This document shows, piece after piece, positions 25,196 through 33,532 of a DNA stretch of 34,266 nt; positions within the stretch are counted from its first letter, which is position 1; every line of letters starts with the position of its first letter. The translations under genes and the position numbers were made by a program. The notes beneath the pieces are model-generated. The model was not told where the DNA came from, made no database searches, and was given only the letters and a program-made list of their open reading frames with translations. The stretch is from assembly GCA_043819795.1 (NCBI GenBank), contig JBDREN010000214.1:1-34266 (forward strand). Direction: 5' to 3'. The DNA is from Elusimicrobiota bacterium. Its GTDB lineage: Bacteria; Elusimicrobiota; Elusimicrobia; UBA1565.

Positions 25196-28149
25196 CGAGC
25201 CTTCGCTGATGGTTTCTCGGGGACCTGGGACTGGCTGTTCTTGATGAGCTTCTGGTACTCGTCGACCATCGTGGGATCGCGGTTGACGGACAGGGCGAGC
25301 TTATAGTCCGCCGCGGCGTTTTCGAACATGCCCAGATTCACGTACGCGGAGGCCCGGTTCCGGTAGTACCGGTCGTAGTCGGGATGGAGCCGGATCGCCT
25401 GGCTGAAATTCTCGATCGCTTTCTCGTAGCTGCGCTGCGAGAACTGGCAGAGCCCGATGCCGTTGTAGGCGGAAGCGTGGTGCGGCGAGAACTTGAGGGC
25501 GAAGCGGTAGTTCTCCTGGGCGAGATCGATCTTCTTCATGAAGTAGCGCAGGTTGCCGGCCTTTACGTACGTCTCCGGATGCGGGTCGTCGGTTTGGGCC
25601 CGCAGGGCCGCGATGACGAATTTGAGGCCGGCGTCGTATTTCTGCCGGGCGGTCAGGTTCGTCACCAGGCCGATGTATGTGTAAGGGTCGTCCGGGGCGA
25701 GCTGCACCGCGCGCCGCAGGTCCTGCTCGGCCGCGTCGAGCGAGTCCTGGGCCGCCAGGGCCGCGCCGCGGGCCAGGTAGGCGGCCGTCAGCTTGCCGTC
25801 GATCTCCAAGGCCTGCGTGTACTCTAGGATCGCGCGGTCGAAGCGGCCCGCGTTGGCGAGCGCGTTGCCGCGGACGACGTACGTGTAGGGGTCGTCGCCG
25901 TCCCGGTCGAGCAGTTTCCCGAGGGCGTCGATCCGTAAGCTGTAGTCCCATCCCGGGCCCGGTTCATCGCCCATCGTCAGGTCGGCCGTCTTCACCTGGA
26001 AATCGATCGCCATCGCCTCGCGGTAGGCCCGGTCGGACTGTCGGTACTGCCGCAGCGCCGCGTGGCCGAGAGAGCGCGCCAGCAACACCTGGGGACGTCG
26101 GGGCCCGAGGCGGCTGCCGTCGTCGAGGTCCCGGACCGCGTCCGCATAGTCGCCCAGGGCCAGGTGGGCGAGTCCGCGCTGGACGTAGGCCTCGGCGTAT
26201 TCGGAGTCCAGACCCAGAGCGTCGATGCAGGAGGCCACCGCGGGCTTCGGCTGGCCCGCCAGGCGTTGGGCATGGCACAGGGCTGTGCGCGTTTCCACGG
26301 AGCCGGGATCCAGGCGCACGGCCTGCCGGAGCTCCCGGATCGCCGCGCGGTACTCGCCGAGCCCGCCGTAGGCCAGCCCCAGGTAGTGGTAGGCCCGGGC
26401 GTTCCCGCGGTCGAGCGAGACCGCCTCGTCGAGCTGGCGCAGGGCGGCCGGATAGGCGCGTGAGCGCAGATGCAGGAGCCCGAGGGTCATGTAGAGCTCC
26501 GACGTCTCCGGTGACTCCTTGATGGCAGCCTCGATGTCCGCGTACGCCTGCTTCACGTTCCCGAGGTTGAAATAGGCCTCGGCCCGGTAGCGGAGGACTC
26601 TCTCGGCCGGCGCCTTGAGCTCGATGGCGCGGTCGAGGGCGGCGATCGCCTTCGCGTCGTCTCCCCTCCTGAGTCGCGCCGCTCCCAGGTTCAGGTGATA
26701 GCCGGCGTTGTCCTCATCGAGGGCGATCGCCTTCGATATGTCCTCGACCGCGGTGTCGTAATCGCGGAAGATCCGCGCCCGGAGGACGCCGCGGATGTTG
26801 TAGGCCTCGGCGTGCTTCAAATCGGCCTCCAGCACGGCGTTGAGATCGGCGAGGGCTTCTTCGTACGCTTTGACCTCGGCTTTGAGGTTCGCGCGCGCGA
26901 GCAGGGCCGGCACGTAATCCGGGGCCATCCGGATCGCCTCGTCTAGGTCCCTTTGGCCGTCGCGCCTCTCTCCCATCCGGAGCAGGAGCTTCCCCCGGGT
27001 CGTCAGCAGCAGCGCCGACTTCGAGCTGATGCGCACGGCCGCGTCGATGTCCTTAAGCGCCTCGCGGTCGGCCTCGATATTCTCGAACGCGTTGGCGCGT
27101 TTGAGCAGGGTCGTAGGGATCTGCTCGCGCATCGTGGGGTCCGGGTGACGCTCGATGGCTTCGAGCGCCTTGGTGTACATCCGGATGGCCTCGTCCCAGA
27201 GCCCGGACTCGGTGAAGCGACCGCCCATCGCCAGGGCCGCCGGAGGGTGCGGGATGTCGAGATTCAAGGTCTTGCGGAAATCCGCGAGCGCGGACTCCTT
27301 GTCGCCGCCGCGGTAGCGGACCTCGCCGCGGTTGTAATAGGGCGCGTAGTCGGAGGCGTCCGTGCGGATCGCCTCATTGAAGTCCTTGTCGGCGGACTCC
27401 TCGTCTCCGGTCTTCAGGTGGGTGAGGGCCCGGCAGAGGTATGCGTAGCTGTAGTCCGGGTGGAGCTTGATCGCCTGCGAGTAGGCGGCGAGCGCGCGCC
27501 GAGTGTCCCCCCCTTGCGCGAAAATGACGCCGAGAAGCCCGTAGGCCAGGGCGAATTCGCGGTTGCCGTTGAGGACGCGGGTCAGCTCTTCCTTGGCCGC
27601 GGGGTCGCGGCCCGTCTCGTGATACGCCCGGGCCAGGTGGTAGCGCGCCATCAGAAAGTCGGGGTCCACCTTGAGCGCGCTCTGGAAGTCGCGGATCGCG
27701 GCCTTCGGGTCGTCGAGCGCGCGGTGCGTCCGCCCCCGGCCCAGGAAGGCGTCGGCATGGTCGGGATCGCGCTCGATGGCATCGTCGTAATCGGAGAGCG
27801 CTTTCCGGTACTCGCCGGCCAGGACGCGGGCGTTGCCCCGCCAGCAATAGGCCGTCGCGTCGCGACCCGGGCCGCCGCGCAACGCGCGCTTCAGATCCCG
27901 CGCCATGCCGGCCCGGTCCCCGAGGGCGTGGCGGACCTGGGCGCGGGCGGAGAAGGCCGGCTTGAAGCTCGATTTCTCCGAGATGGACCTGGAGAGGCTG
28001 CTCAGGGCGGCGCTGAAGTCGCCGCGGCGGTAATGGGCGAGGCCCTCCTCGAAGAGGTCTAGGGCCTTGACGCGGCTGCCCGCGTGAAGGGACCCGCAAT
28101 GGAGGACGGGCAACGCGGCCAGCAGGAGAGCGGCGAATAGTCGCGGCAT
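25192..28149 (-). CDS. Giant exported tetratricopeptide-repeat protein
   Basis: 985 aa from ATG 28149; signal peptide; near-continuous 34-aa TPRs (roughly 25); stop overlaps the metF start. Confidence 0.88.
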   Translation of the reverse strand: MPRLFAALLLAALPVLHCGSLHAGSRVKALDLFEEGLAHYRRGDFSAALSSLSRSISEKSSFKPAFSARAQVRHALGDRAGMARDLKRALRGGPGRDATAYCWRGNARVLAGEYRKALSDYDDAIERDPDHADAFLGRGRTHRALDDPKAAIRDFQSALKVDPDFLMARYHLARAYHETGRDPAAKEELTRVLNGNREFALAYGLLGVIFAQGGDTRRALAAYSQAIKLHPDYSYAYLCRALTHLKTGDEESADKDFNEAIRTDASDYAPYYNRGEVRYRGGDKESALADFRKTLNLDIPHPPAALAMGGRFTESGLWDEAIRMYTKALEAIERHPDPTMREQIPTTLLKRANAFENIEADREALKDIDAAVRISSKSALLLTTRGKLLLRMGERRDGQRDLDEAIRMAPDYVPALLARANLKAEVKAYEEALADLNAVLEADLKHAEAYNIRGVLRARIFRDYDTAVEDISKAIALDEDNAGYHLNLGAARLRRGDDAKAIAALDRAIELKAPAERVLRYRAEAYFNLGNVKQAYADIEAAIKESPETSELYMTLGLLHLRSRAYPAALRQLDEAVSLDRGNARAYHYLGLAYGGLGEYRAAIRELRQAVRLDPGSVETRTALCHAQRLAGQPKPAVASCIDALGLDSEYAEAYVQRGLAHLALGDYADAVRDLDDGSRLGPRRPQVLLARSLGHAALRQYRQSDRAYREAMAIDFQVKTADLTMGDEPGPGWDYSLRIDALGKLLDRDGDDPYTYVVRGNALANAGRFDRAILEYTQALEIDGKLTAAYLARGAALAAQDSLDAAEQDLRRAVQLAPDDPYTYIGLVTNLTARQKYDAGLKFVIAALRAQTDDPHPETYVKAGNLRYFMKKIDLAQENYRFALKFSPHHASAYNGIGLCQFSQRSYEKAIENFSQAIRLHPDYDRYYRNRASAYVNLGMFENAAADYKLALSVNRDPTMVDEYQKLIKNSQSQVPEKPSAKAR

Positions 28150-28180
28150 ACAGTGCGCCGGGGGTCGCCGGCGCGCTAGA

Positions 28181-28209
28181 AGCATAAGGTATGCATGTTA
28201 AATATTCAA
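28181..28209 (-). promoter_or_regulatory. sigma70-type promoter for the TPR-metF-omp85-asmA operon
   Basis: TTGAAT (28209-28204)-N17-TATGCT (28186-28181) in an AT-rich patch. Confidence 0.55.
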
Positions 28210-28237
28210 GTCAGCCGCGCGGGCGAGGAGGGGCCCA

Positions 28238-28516
28238 CTATTGGGAAACCTTGACGGCGAGCCTGATGTCCTCGAGCACTCCGGCGACCGCTTCGCACCG
28301 CTCCAGAGGGCCGTGGTACACTACGGCCGCGCCCTTACTATGCACCTGCCAGGAGAACGCGCGGGCCGCGGACAGCGAGCAGCGGACGGCCTTGATCAGC
28401 TGGCGCTCCACCTCATCGAAGCTGTGGCAGTCGCAGTTGAAGAGGATGACCCTCCACGCGCAGACCGTCCCGGTGGAGTCGAGGGTGCGCTCCTCTTGGC
28501 GGGTCGAAGTGGTCAT
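28238..28516 (-). CDS. clpS: ATP-dependent Clp protease adaptor ClpS-like protein
   Basis: 92 aa from ATG 28516; WRVILFNCDCHSFDEV, QVHSKGAAVV, G.LERCE match the ClpS core. Confidence 0.85.
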   Translation of the reverse strand: MTTSTRQEERTLDSTGTVCAWRVILFNCDCHSFDEVERQLIKAVRCSLSAARAFSWQVHSKGAAVVYHGPLERCEAVAGVLEDIRLAVKVSQ

Positions 28517-28528
28517 TAAGAATGGGCC

Positions 28529-28585
28529 ATTATAGTAAAAAAAAGGTAAACAGTATTGACAAAATACCGTTTTGGGCCAATACTG
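28529..28585. promoter_or_regulatory. Divergent promoter region with operator-like inverted repeat
   Basis: Minus-strand TATAAT at 28534-28529; plus-strand TTGACA (28556-28561)-N17-AATACT; inverted repeat CAGTATTG (28551-28558) / CAATACTG (28578-28585). Confidence 0.6.
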
Positions 28586-28638
28586 GAAATAGACGCGCAT
28601 TTCAGGATCCTCGTTCGCGCGGGCGCACGGAGGCGCGT

Positions 28639-28851
28639 ATGCGTCGCTATTTCCGATTGCCGGTTCTCGTGCTAGAGCCCGGAGCCGGCCGAGGCTACAT
28701 CCGCGCGTCGGCGCGCGTGCCGGGACTCGCCCCCGAGGTGGACGCTTTCCTGGAGCAAGCCCTGGATCCCGACCCCGCGCGCCGCGTCCGGAGCGCCGGC
28801 GGGTTCTCCGCCGGGATGGACCGGCTGCCCGGGCCGGCGGACACCGGATGA
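28639..28851 (+). pseudogene. 70-aa ORF consisting of a Ser/Thr kinase C-terminal tail remnant
   Basis: RGYIRASARVPGLAPEVDAFLEQALDPDPARRVRSAGGFSAGMDRL aligns without gaps to the end of the next gene (RGYIKPSAHVPELPEGVDALIDDSLDPNPETRIPSVREFSARLDRL); GGAGG RBS at 28629-28633. Confidence 0.75.
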
Positions 28852-30992
28852 GACCTCCCCCCATCGCGCTGTTGTGCTTGTTCGCGGCAGCGGTGTCGGC
28901 CCGCCCCTGCCTGGCGGAGCATTCCGGGCGGTCTTCCCCTTCCGGCCGGGCCGTCCGTTCCGGACCCGCGCGTCCGGCCGGGGGCGCCTCCGCCGGAGCG
29001 GTGGACAACCAGGGGCGCTACAAGGATCTCACGGACGGGTGCCGGCGCAGGATCAAAGCGGGCGATCTGGCCGGCGCGATCCGGCAGGCGGAGGAGGCGA
29101 TCCGGCTGCTCCCCGGCAGGACCTCGGCCCATAATCTGAAGGCCCGCGCCTTCAACATGCTCGGCCGCTTCGAGGACGCGGAGAAGGTCGCGCAGCGGTC
29201 CATCGAGATGGGAGACAAGGCGCTCTCCGTCCCCTACCAGAACCTTATCCTGGCTCAGCTGCACCTGGGCCTCTACCGGGAGGCGCTCGAAAACGCGGAC
29301 CGCGCCATCGACGAGAAAAAGCTGGCGGACGCCGAGCTCTTCGCCCTCCGGGCCTTCGCTTACGAGGGGCTGGGCCAGGACGGCGCGAAGAGGATCGACA
29401 TCGATCGCGCGGCCAAGCTGGCTCCGGAGCGCTACAAGAGGCTGGCGCAGGCGGCCCGGATGGGCGGCGCGATATTCCTTCCCGAGAAGGGAGCGGGATC
29501 GGACCGGTGGACCGGCGGGATCGCGGAGGCCGACGCGCTCATCCGGGCGGCGCCGGAGGACCCCTGGGGCTACCAGCTGAAAGCCGCGCGCTCGCTCCAG
29601 GCCGGGCGGTTCGGAGAAGCCGCCCAAGCCGCGCGCCGGGCCATCGTCCTCATCCCGAGAGCGAACATCGGCGCCTGGCATAACCTGATCTTCGCTCAGC
29701 TCAATTCGGGCCGGAGCCAGGAGGCCCAGCTGAGCTCGATCCGTGCCACCGAGCTGATCCCGGGCGACGCGCAGCTGTTCGCTTTCCGGGCCTACGCCCA
29801 CGAGCAGCTGGGCCAGGAGGACGCCAAGCTGGACGCTATAAGGCGGGCGGCCGAGTTGGACCAGGCGAACTATCAGGCGAAGCTCGACACGGCGCTGCGC
29901 GGCGAGCGGATGTTCTTCCTCATGACGGGGAGGAAAGCGGGCGGGCCGGCGGCGCTCCTGCGGGACCTGTCCGGGCGCCTCGGCTGGCCGGCCGTGCTGG
30001 GAGCGGCGGCGCTGGTGTTGGGCTCTCTCGGGGCGATCGGCTACGGCGCGTGGAGGAGGGCGCTCGCCGCCCGGCAGGCCGAGGCCGAGGCGATGCTCGA
30101 GATGGAGGATGATGACGAGGGCGGCCTCCTGGCCGGGAAGTACCGCTTCACGCGCATCATCGGCAAGGGCGGGATGGGGCAGGTCTGGGCGGCCACCGAC
30201 GAGTCCCTCGGGCGGGTCGTCGCCATCAAGAAGATGACCGAGGAGCTGGGCAAGCTCGGCTCCAAGGCCCGGGAGTTCTACCTGAAGGAGGCCCGCACCG
30301 TCGCCTCGCTGCACCATCCCCACATCATCGGGATCTACGAGATCCTCGACCGGCGCTCGGGGCTCTACCTGGTCTTCGAGATGGCCTCGGGAAAGACCGT
30401 GCAGCATATCCTGGCCGAGAGCCGCCGCCTTTCGGTGGAGAAGGCGCGCGAGATCCTGAGCCCCGTCTGCGAGGCGCTCGACTTCGCGCACAGCCGCTCC
30501 ATCGTGCACCGCGATCTCAAGCCGGCGAACATCATGCTCACCGACCAGGGCTTTGTGAAGGTCATGGATTTCGGCATCGCGCGCAAGATCAGCGAGGAGG
30601 TCGGCGCGTCGGACGGCCGCCAGGCGCCCGTGCGGGACAAGCGCGGGATCCTCACGGACCATACGATGACCATCGTCGGCACGCCGGTCTACATGTCGCC
30701 CGAGGCCGAGCAGGGGGTCGTGACCCCCGTCTCCGACATCTTCTCGATGGGGGCGTGCCTCTACGAGATGGTGACCGGGCACCAGCCCTTCGACGCGCGC
30801 GCCGGCATGATGATAAAGATCGACCGCGGCTACATCAAGCCCAGCGCCCACGTGCCGGAGCTGCCGGAGGGCGTAGACGCGCTCATCGACGACTCCCTCG
30901 ACCCCAACCCCGAGACGCGCATCCCGTCGGTTCGCGAGTTCTCCGCCCGGCTCGACCGGCTCTGCGGAGAGCGGGAGGACCGGAAGTCATGA
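28848..30992 (+). CDS. Receptor-like Hanks-type Ser/Thr protein kinase (signal peptide, TPR ectodomain, TM, kinase)
   Basis: GKGGMG, VAIKK, LKEAR, HRDLKPAN, DFG, GTPVYMSPE, SDIFSMG all intact. Confidence 0.93.
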   Translation: MRPPPIALLCLFAAAVSARPCLAEHSGRSSPSGRAVRSGPARPAGGASAGAVDNQGRYKDLTDGCRRRIKAGDLAGAIRQAEEAIRLLPGRTSAHNLKARAFNMLGRFEDAEKVAQRSIEMGDKALSVPYQNLILAQLHLGLYREALENADRAIDEKKLADAELFALRAFAYEGLGQDGAKRIDIDRAAKLAPERYKRLAQAARMGGAIFLPEKGAGSDRWTGGIAEADALIRAAPEDPWGYQLKAARSLQAGRFGEAAQAARRAIVLIPRANIGAWHNLIFAQLNSGRSQEAQLSSIRATELIPGDAQLFAFRAYAHEQLGQEDAKLDAIRRAAELDQANYQAKLDTALRGERMFFLMTGRKAGGPAALLRDLSGRLGWPAVLGAAALVLGSLGAIGYGAWRRALAARQAEAEAMLEMEDDDEGGLLAGKYRFTRIIGKGGMGQVWAATDESLGRVVAIKKMTEELGKLGSKAREFYLKEARTVASLHHPHIIGIYEILDRRSGLYLVFEMASGKTVQHILAESRRLSVEKAREILSPVCEALDFAHSRSIVHRDLKPANIMLTDQGFVKVMDFGIARKISEEVGASDGRQAPVRDKRGILTDHTMTIVGTPVYMSPEAEQGVVTPVSDIFSMGACLYEMVTGHQPFDARAGMMIKIDRGYIKPSAHVPELPEGVDALIDDSLDPNPETRIPSVREFSARLDRLCGEREDRKS

Positions 30993-33532
30993 TGATCCCG
31001 GACATCCGGCATCGTGGTCTGCTGACCGCCGCCGGCCTGCTTCTTTTCGCCGGGCAGGCCATCTACTCCGGGATGCGGATCGACTTCCTCAGCCCGGTCT
31101 CCGGTCCCGTGCTGCGGGCCGGGAGCTCGCCGTGCGAATGGAGTTGGACCTGCTATTTCAATTATTGGGCATGCATGGAAAGGTGCAAGCGGTATCTTCG
31201 CGAAAGGGAAGAGGCGAGGAAGAATGTCGAGGGGGCCAGGTCGGAGCTCGACGCGATCGTCGAGGAGAACGCGAAAAAGGCCGAAGAGGAGCTGAACTCG
31301 GGCGTCGACCCTGCGGCGTACGAGGATGACCGCACGCAGCGGGAAGCCGCGGCCGACGAGGCCCTGGGAAAATATATGGGTGCCGAAGATAAGTACCGGA
31401 GCTATTGGAATGCATATCGGTACGAGGATGCCCAGCAGGTCGAGGAGGCTATCGATGCCCGCAGGGAGGCGGAGGCCCGCCAGCGCGAGGCGCAGCGGCG
31501 CCAGAGGGAGGAGGCCCGCAAACGCATGGAGGAAGCCCGCCGGCGTCAGAAAGAGCTTCTGACGATCGGGCAGGAGGCCGCTCGCCGCAGGCAGGAGGAG
31601 CAGGCCCGCAGGGAAGCCGAACGGCGAGCCGAGGCGGAACGGTCCGGCAAGGACCCGGGCGCGCTCCGGGGCTACGAGCTGTTCATCCCCGAGGTGGGGC
31701 CCGGCCAGGCGGTGGACCCCAACGAAGCGCCAAAATGGGGCGGCGGGGGCCTGGACCTGGCGGCGCTGCCCAGAAACCTCAGGGCGCCTTCAAGCGCGAA
31801 GCCGCCAAGCCGGAAGTCGCCGCGCTCGGTCGCGCCGGTCCTCGCCCGGAACCTGGGAGGGCCCATAGGGGGCGAATCGACGCGTCCGCCCGATTCGGGG
31901 TCCGGACCCGTCCTCCCCGACGTCAAACGGCGTGTGGGGTGGTTCAGGGACAATGCCGGGGATCTTATCGACTCCGGGAGAGAGAAGCTCTTGGACGGGA
32001 ATCTCGGGGGAGCCCTGCTGGACGCCGAAAAGGCCATCCATTCCGATCCCGACGCCGCGGCCGGATACCTGCTCAAGGCTCAGGCGCTGAGCCGCCTGGG
32101 ACGCCATGAGGAGGCGGAGGCGGCCGCGTTGGAGGCGCTCCGGCGCGACCCGGACGACGTGGAGGCGCTGCGCGTGCTCGCAATCTCGCAGCTCAAGCTC
32201 GGGAAGAACGAGGACGCCGTGGAGACCGCTTCCCGCCTCCTGGAGCTCGATCCTGACGACGCCGCGGCCTACGCGTTGCGGGCGATGGCCTACGAGGGGT
32301 TGGGCCTGCGCGACAGCATGCTGGCGGACCTCGAGCGGGCCGCCGCCCTCTCGGAGCGCTTCAGCGAGCACCTGAAGCGCGCGAGGGCGGGCATGCGCAT
32401 TTTCGACCCGGACGCCGGGGACATCTGGGACCTCCTGGGGGGGATCGGCTACCACCCCTGGTGGAGAAGGATCTCGCTCATCTTGCTCGGCTTTCTCGCG
32501 TTCGGCGCGGCGGTAGCGCTTCTTCTGGCGTCATGGCTCCGGCGCCGCATGGCGCCCGTCCCCGCCGCGGCCGCGGCGGCCGCGACCGGCGGCGCCACGG
32601 TGCCTCTGGTGGGCGTGCCGACGCAGCCTCTGTCCGCCGCGGGAGCCGGAGGCGGCACCGCCCCGGTCGACACGTCGGGGCTCTTGGGCGGCAAGTATCA
32701 GCTCATCCGGCTCATCGGCAAGGGCGGAAAGGGGCAGCTCTGGGAGGCCCGGGATTGGTCGCTCGACCGTTCGGCCGCCGTCAAGAAGATGACTCTGGAA
32801 GGAGCTCCCCAGGAGGTCGAGGCCAGGAAGCTCTTCATGAAGGCGGCCCGGACGCTGGCCGCGGTCCATCACCCCAACATCATGGACATCTACGAGGTGC
32901 TGGACCTGCCTTCCGGCATCTACTTCGTCTTCGAGATGCTTCCCGGCAAGACCCTCAGGGAGATCATGGACGCGGCCAAGCGCCTGCAGCCTGCGGGCGT
33001 GCGCAAAGTCCTCGCGCCGGTCTGCGCGGCGCTCGAATGCGCGCACGCGTACGGCATCGTCCACCGCGAGCTGCGGCCGTCGAACATCGTGGTCAGCGAC
33101 CAAGGCCATGTGAAGGTGATGGGCTTCACGGTGGCGCGAGCGTCCGCATCCGTTCAAGGGCCGGGGCCGGCGGGGTCGCAGACGGCCGGAGGAGACCCGT
33201 CCGCCGCGGCGGTGTCCCCGCGGCCGGCCGGCGACGGCGCCGCCTATCTGCCGCCCGAGGCGGACGGCGGGACGGCCGTGCCGACGCCGGCTTTCGACGT
33301 ATTCTCGCTCGGGGTCTGCGCCTACGAGATGCTGACGGGGCAGGCGCCCGTCCGCTCAGGGCAGCGGGTCTCGCTGAGCCTGAGCCTTCTGCCGCCCGGC
33401 CTTCCGCCCGAGGCGGAGGACCTTCTCACCCGGGCTCTCGATCCGGACCCCGCGCGGCGATTCCAGAAGGTGAGCGAGTTCGCGAGCCTGCTCGCGGCGT
33501 TTCCCTCTCAGCCGGCCCCCCCTTCCGGCTGA
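30989..33532 (+). CDS. Receptor-like Ser/Thr pseudokinase (signal, Cys4 motif, charged helix, TPR, TM, degenerate kinase)
   Basis: 847 aa from ATG 30989 (ATGA overlap); kinase fold present, but with HRELRPSN, GFT for DFG and MKAAR for xKEAR. Confidence 0.88.
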   Translation: MMIPDIRHRGLLTAAGLLLFAGQAIYSGMRIDFLSPVSGPVLRAGSSPCEWSWTCYFNYWACMERCKRYLREREEARKNVEGARSELDAIVEENAKKAEEELNSGVDPAAYEDDRTQREAAADEALGKYMGAEDKYRSYWNAYRYEDAQQVEEAIDARREAEARQREAQRRQREEARKRMEEARRRQKELLTIGQEAARRRQEEQARREAERRAEAERSGKDPGALRGYELFIPEVGPGQAVDPNEAPKWGGGGLDLAALPRNLRAPSSAKPPSRKSPRSVAPVLARNLGGPIGGESTRPPDSGSGPVLPDVKRRVGWFRDNAGDLIDSGREKLLDGNLGGALLDAEKAIHSDPDAAAGYLLKAQALSRLGRHEEAEAAALEALRRDPDDVEALRVLAISQLKLGKNEDAVETASRLLELDPDDAAAYALRAMAYEGLGLRDSMLADLERAAALSERFSEHLKRARAGMRIFDPDAGDIWDLLGGIGYHPWWRRISLILLGFLAFGAAVALLLASWLRRRMAPVPAAAAAAATGGATVPLVGVPTQPLSAAGAGGGTAPVDTSGLLGGKYQLIRLIGKGGKGQLWEARDWSLDRSAAVKKMTLEGAPQEVEARKLFMKAARTLAAVHHPNIMDIYEVLDLPSGIYFVFEMLPGKTLREIMDAAKRLQPAGVRKVLAPVCAALECAHAYGIVHRELRPSNIVVSDQGHVKVMGFTVARASASVQGPGPAGSQTAGGDPSAAAVSPRPAGDGAAYLPPEADGGTAVPTPAFDVFSLGVCAYEMLTGQAPVRSGQRVSLSLSLLPPGLPPEAEDLLTRALDPDPARRFQKVSEFASLLAAFPSQPAPPSG

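Noticed and set aside
28517..29008. 256-aa version of clpS
   Set aside because: The extension crosses the AT-rich promoter region and the opposite-strand genes; ClpS similarity is confined to the last 92 aa.
30755..30988. Longer start for the pseudokinase, or a frameshifted kinase-kinase fusion
   Set aside because: The upstream part overlaps the first kinase out of frame; ATG 30989 has a GGAGG upstream and is followed by a signal-like sequence.
28848..33532. Anti-phage kinase defence system
   Set aside because: No nuclease, toxin, phosphatase or mobile-element context; the exported sensor domains fit envelope signalling better. Not strictly excluded.
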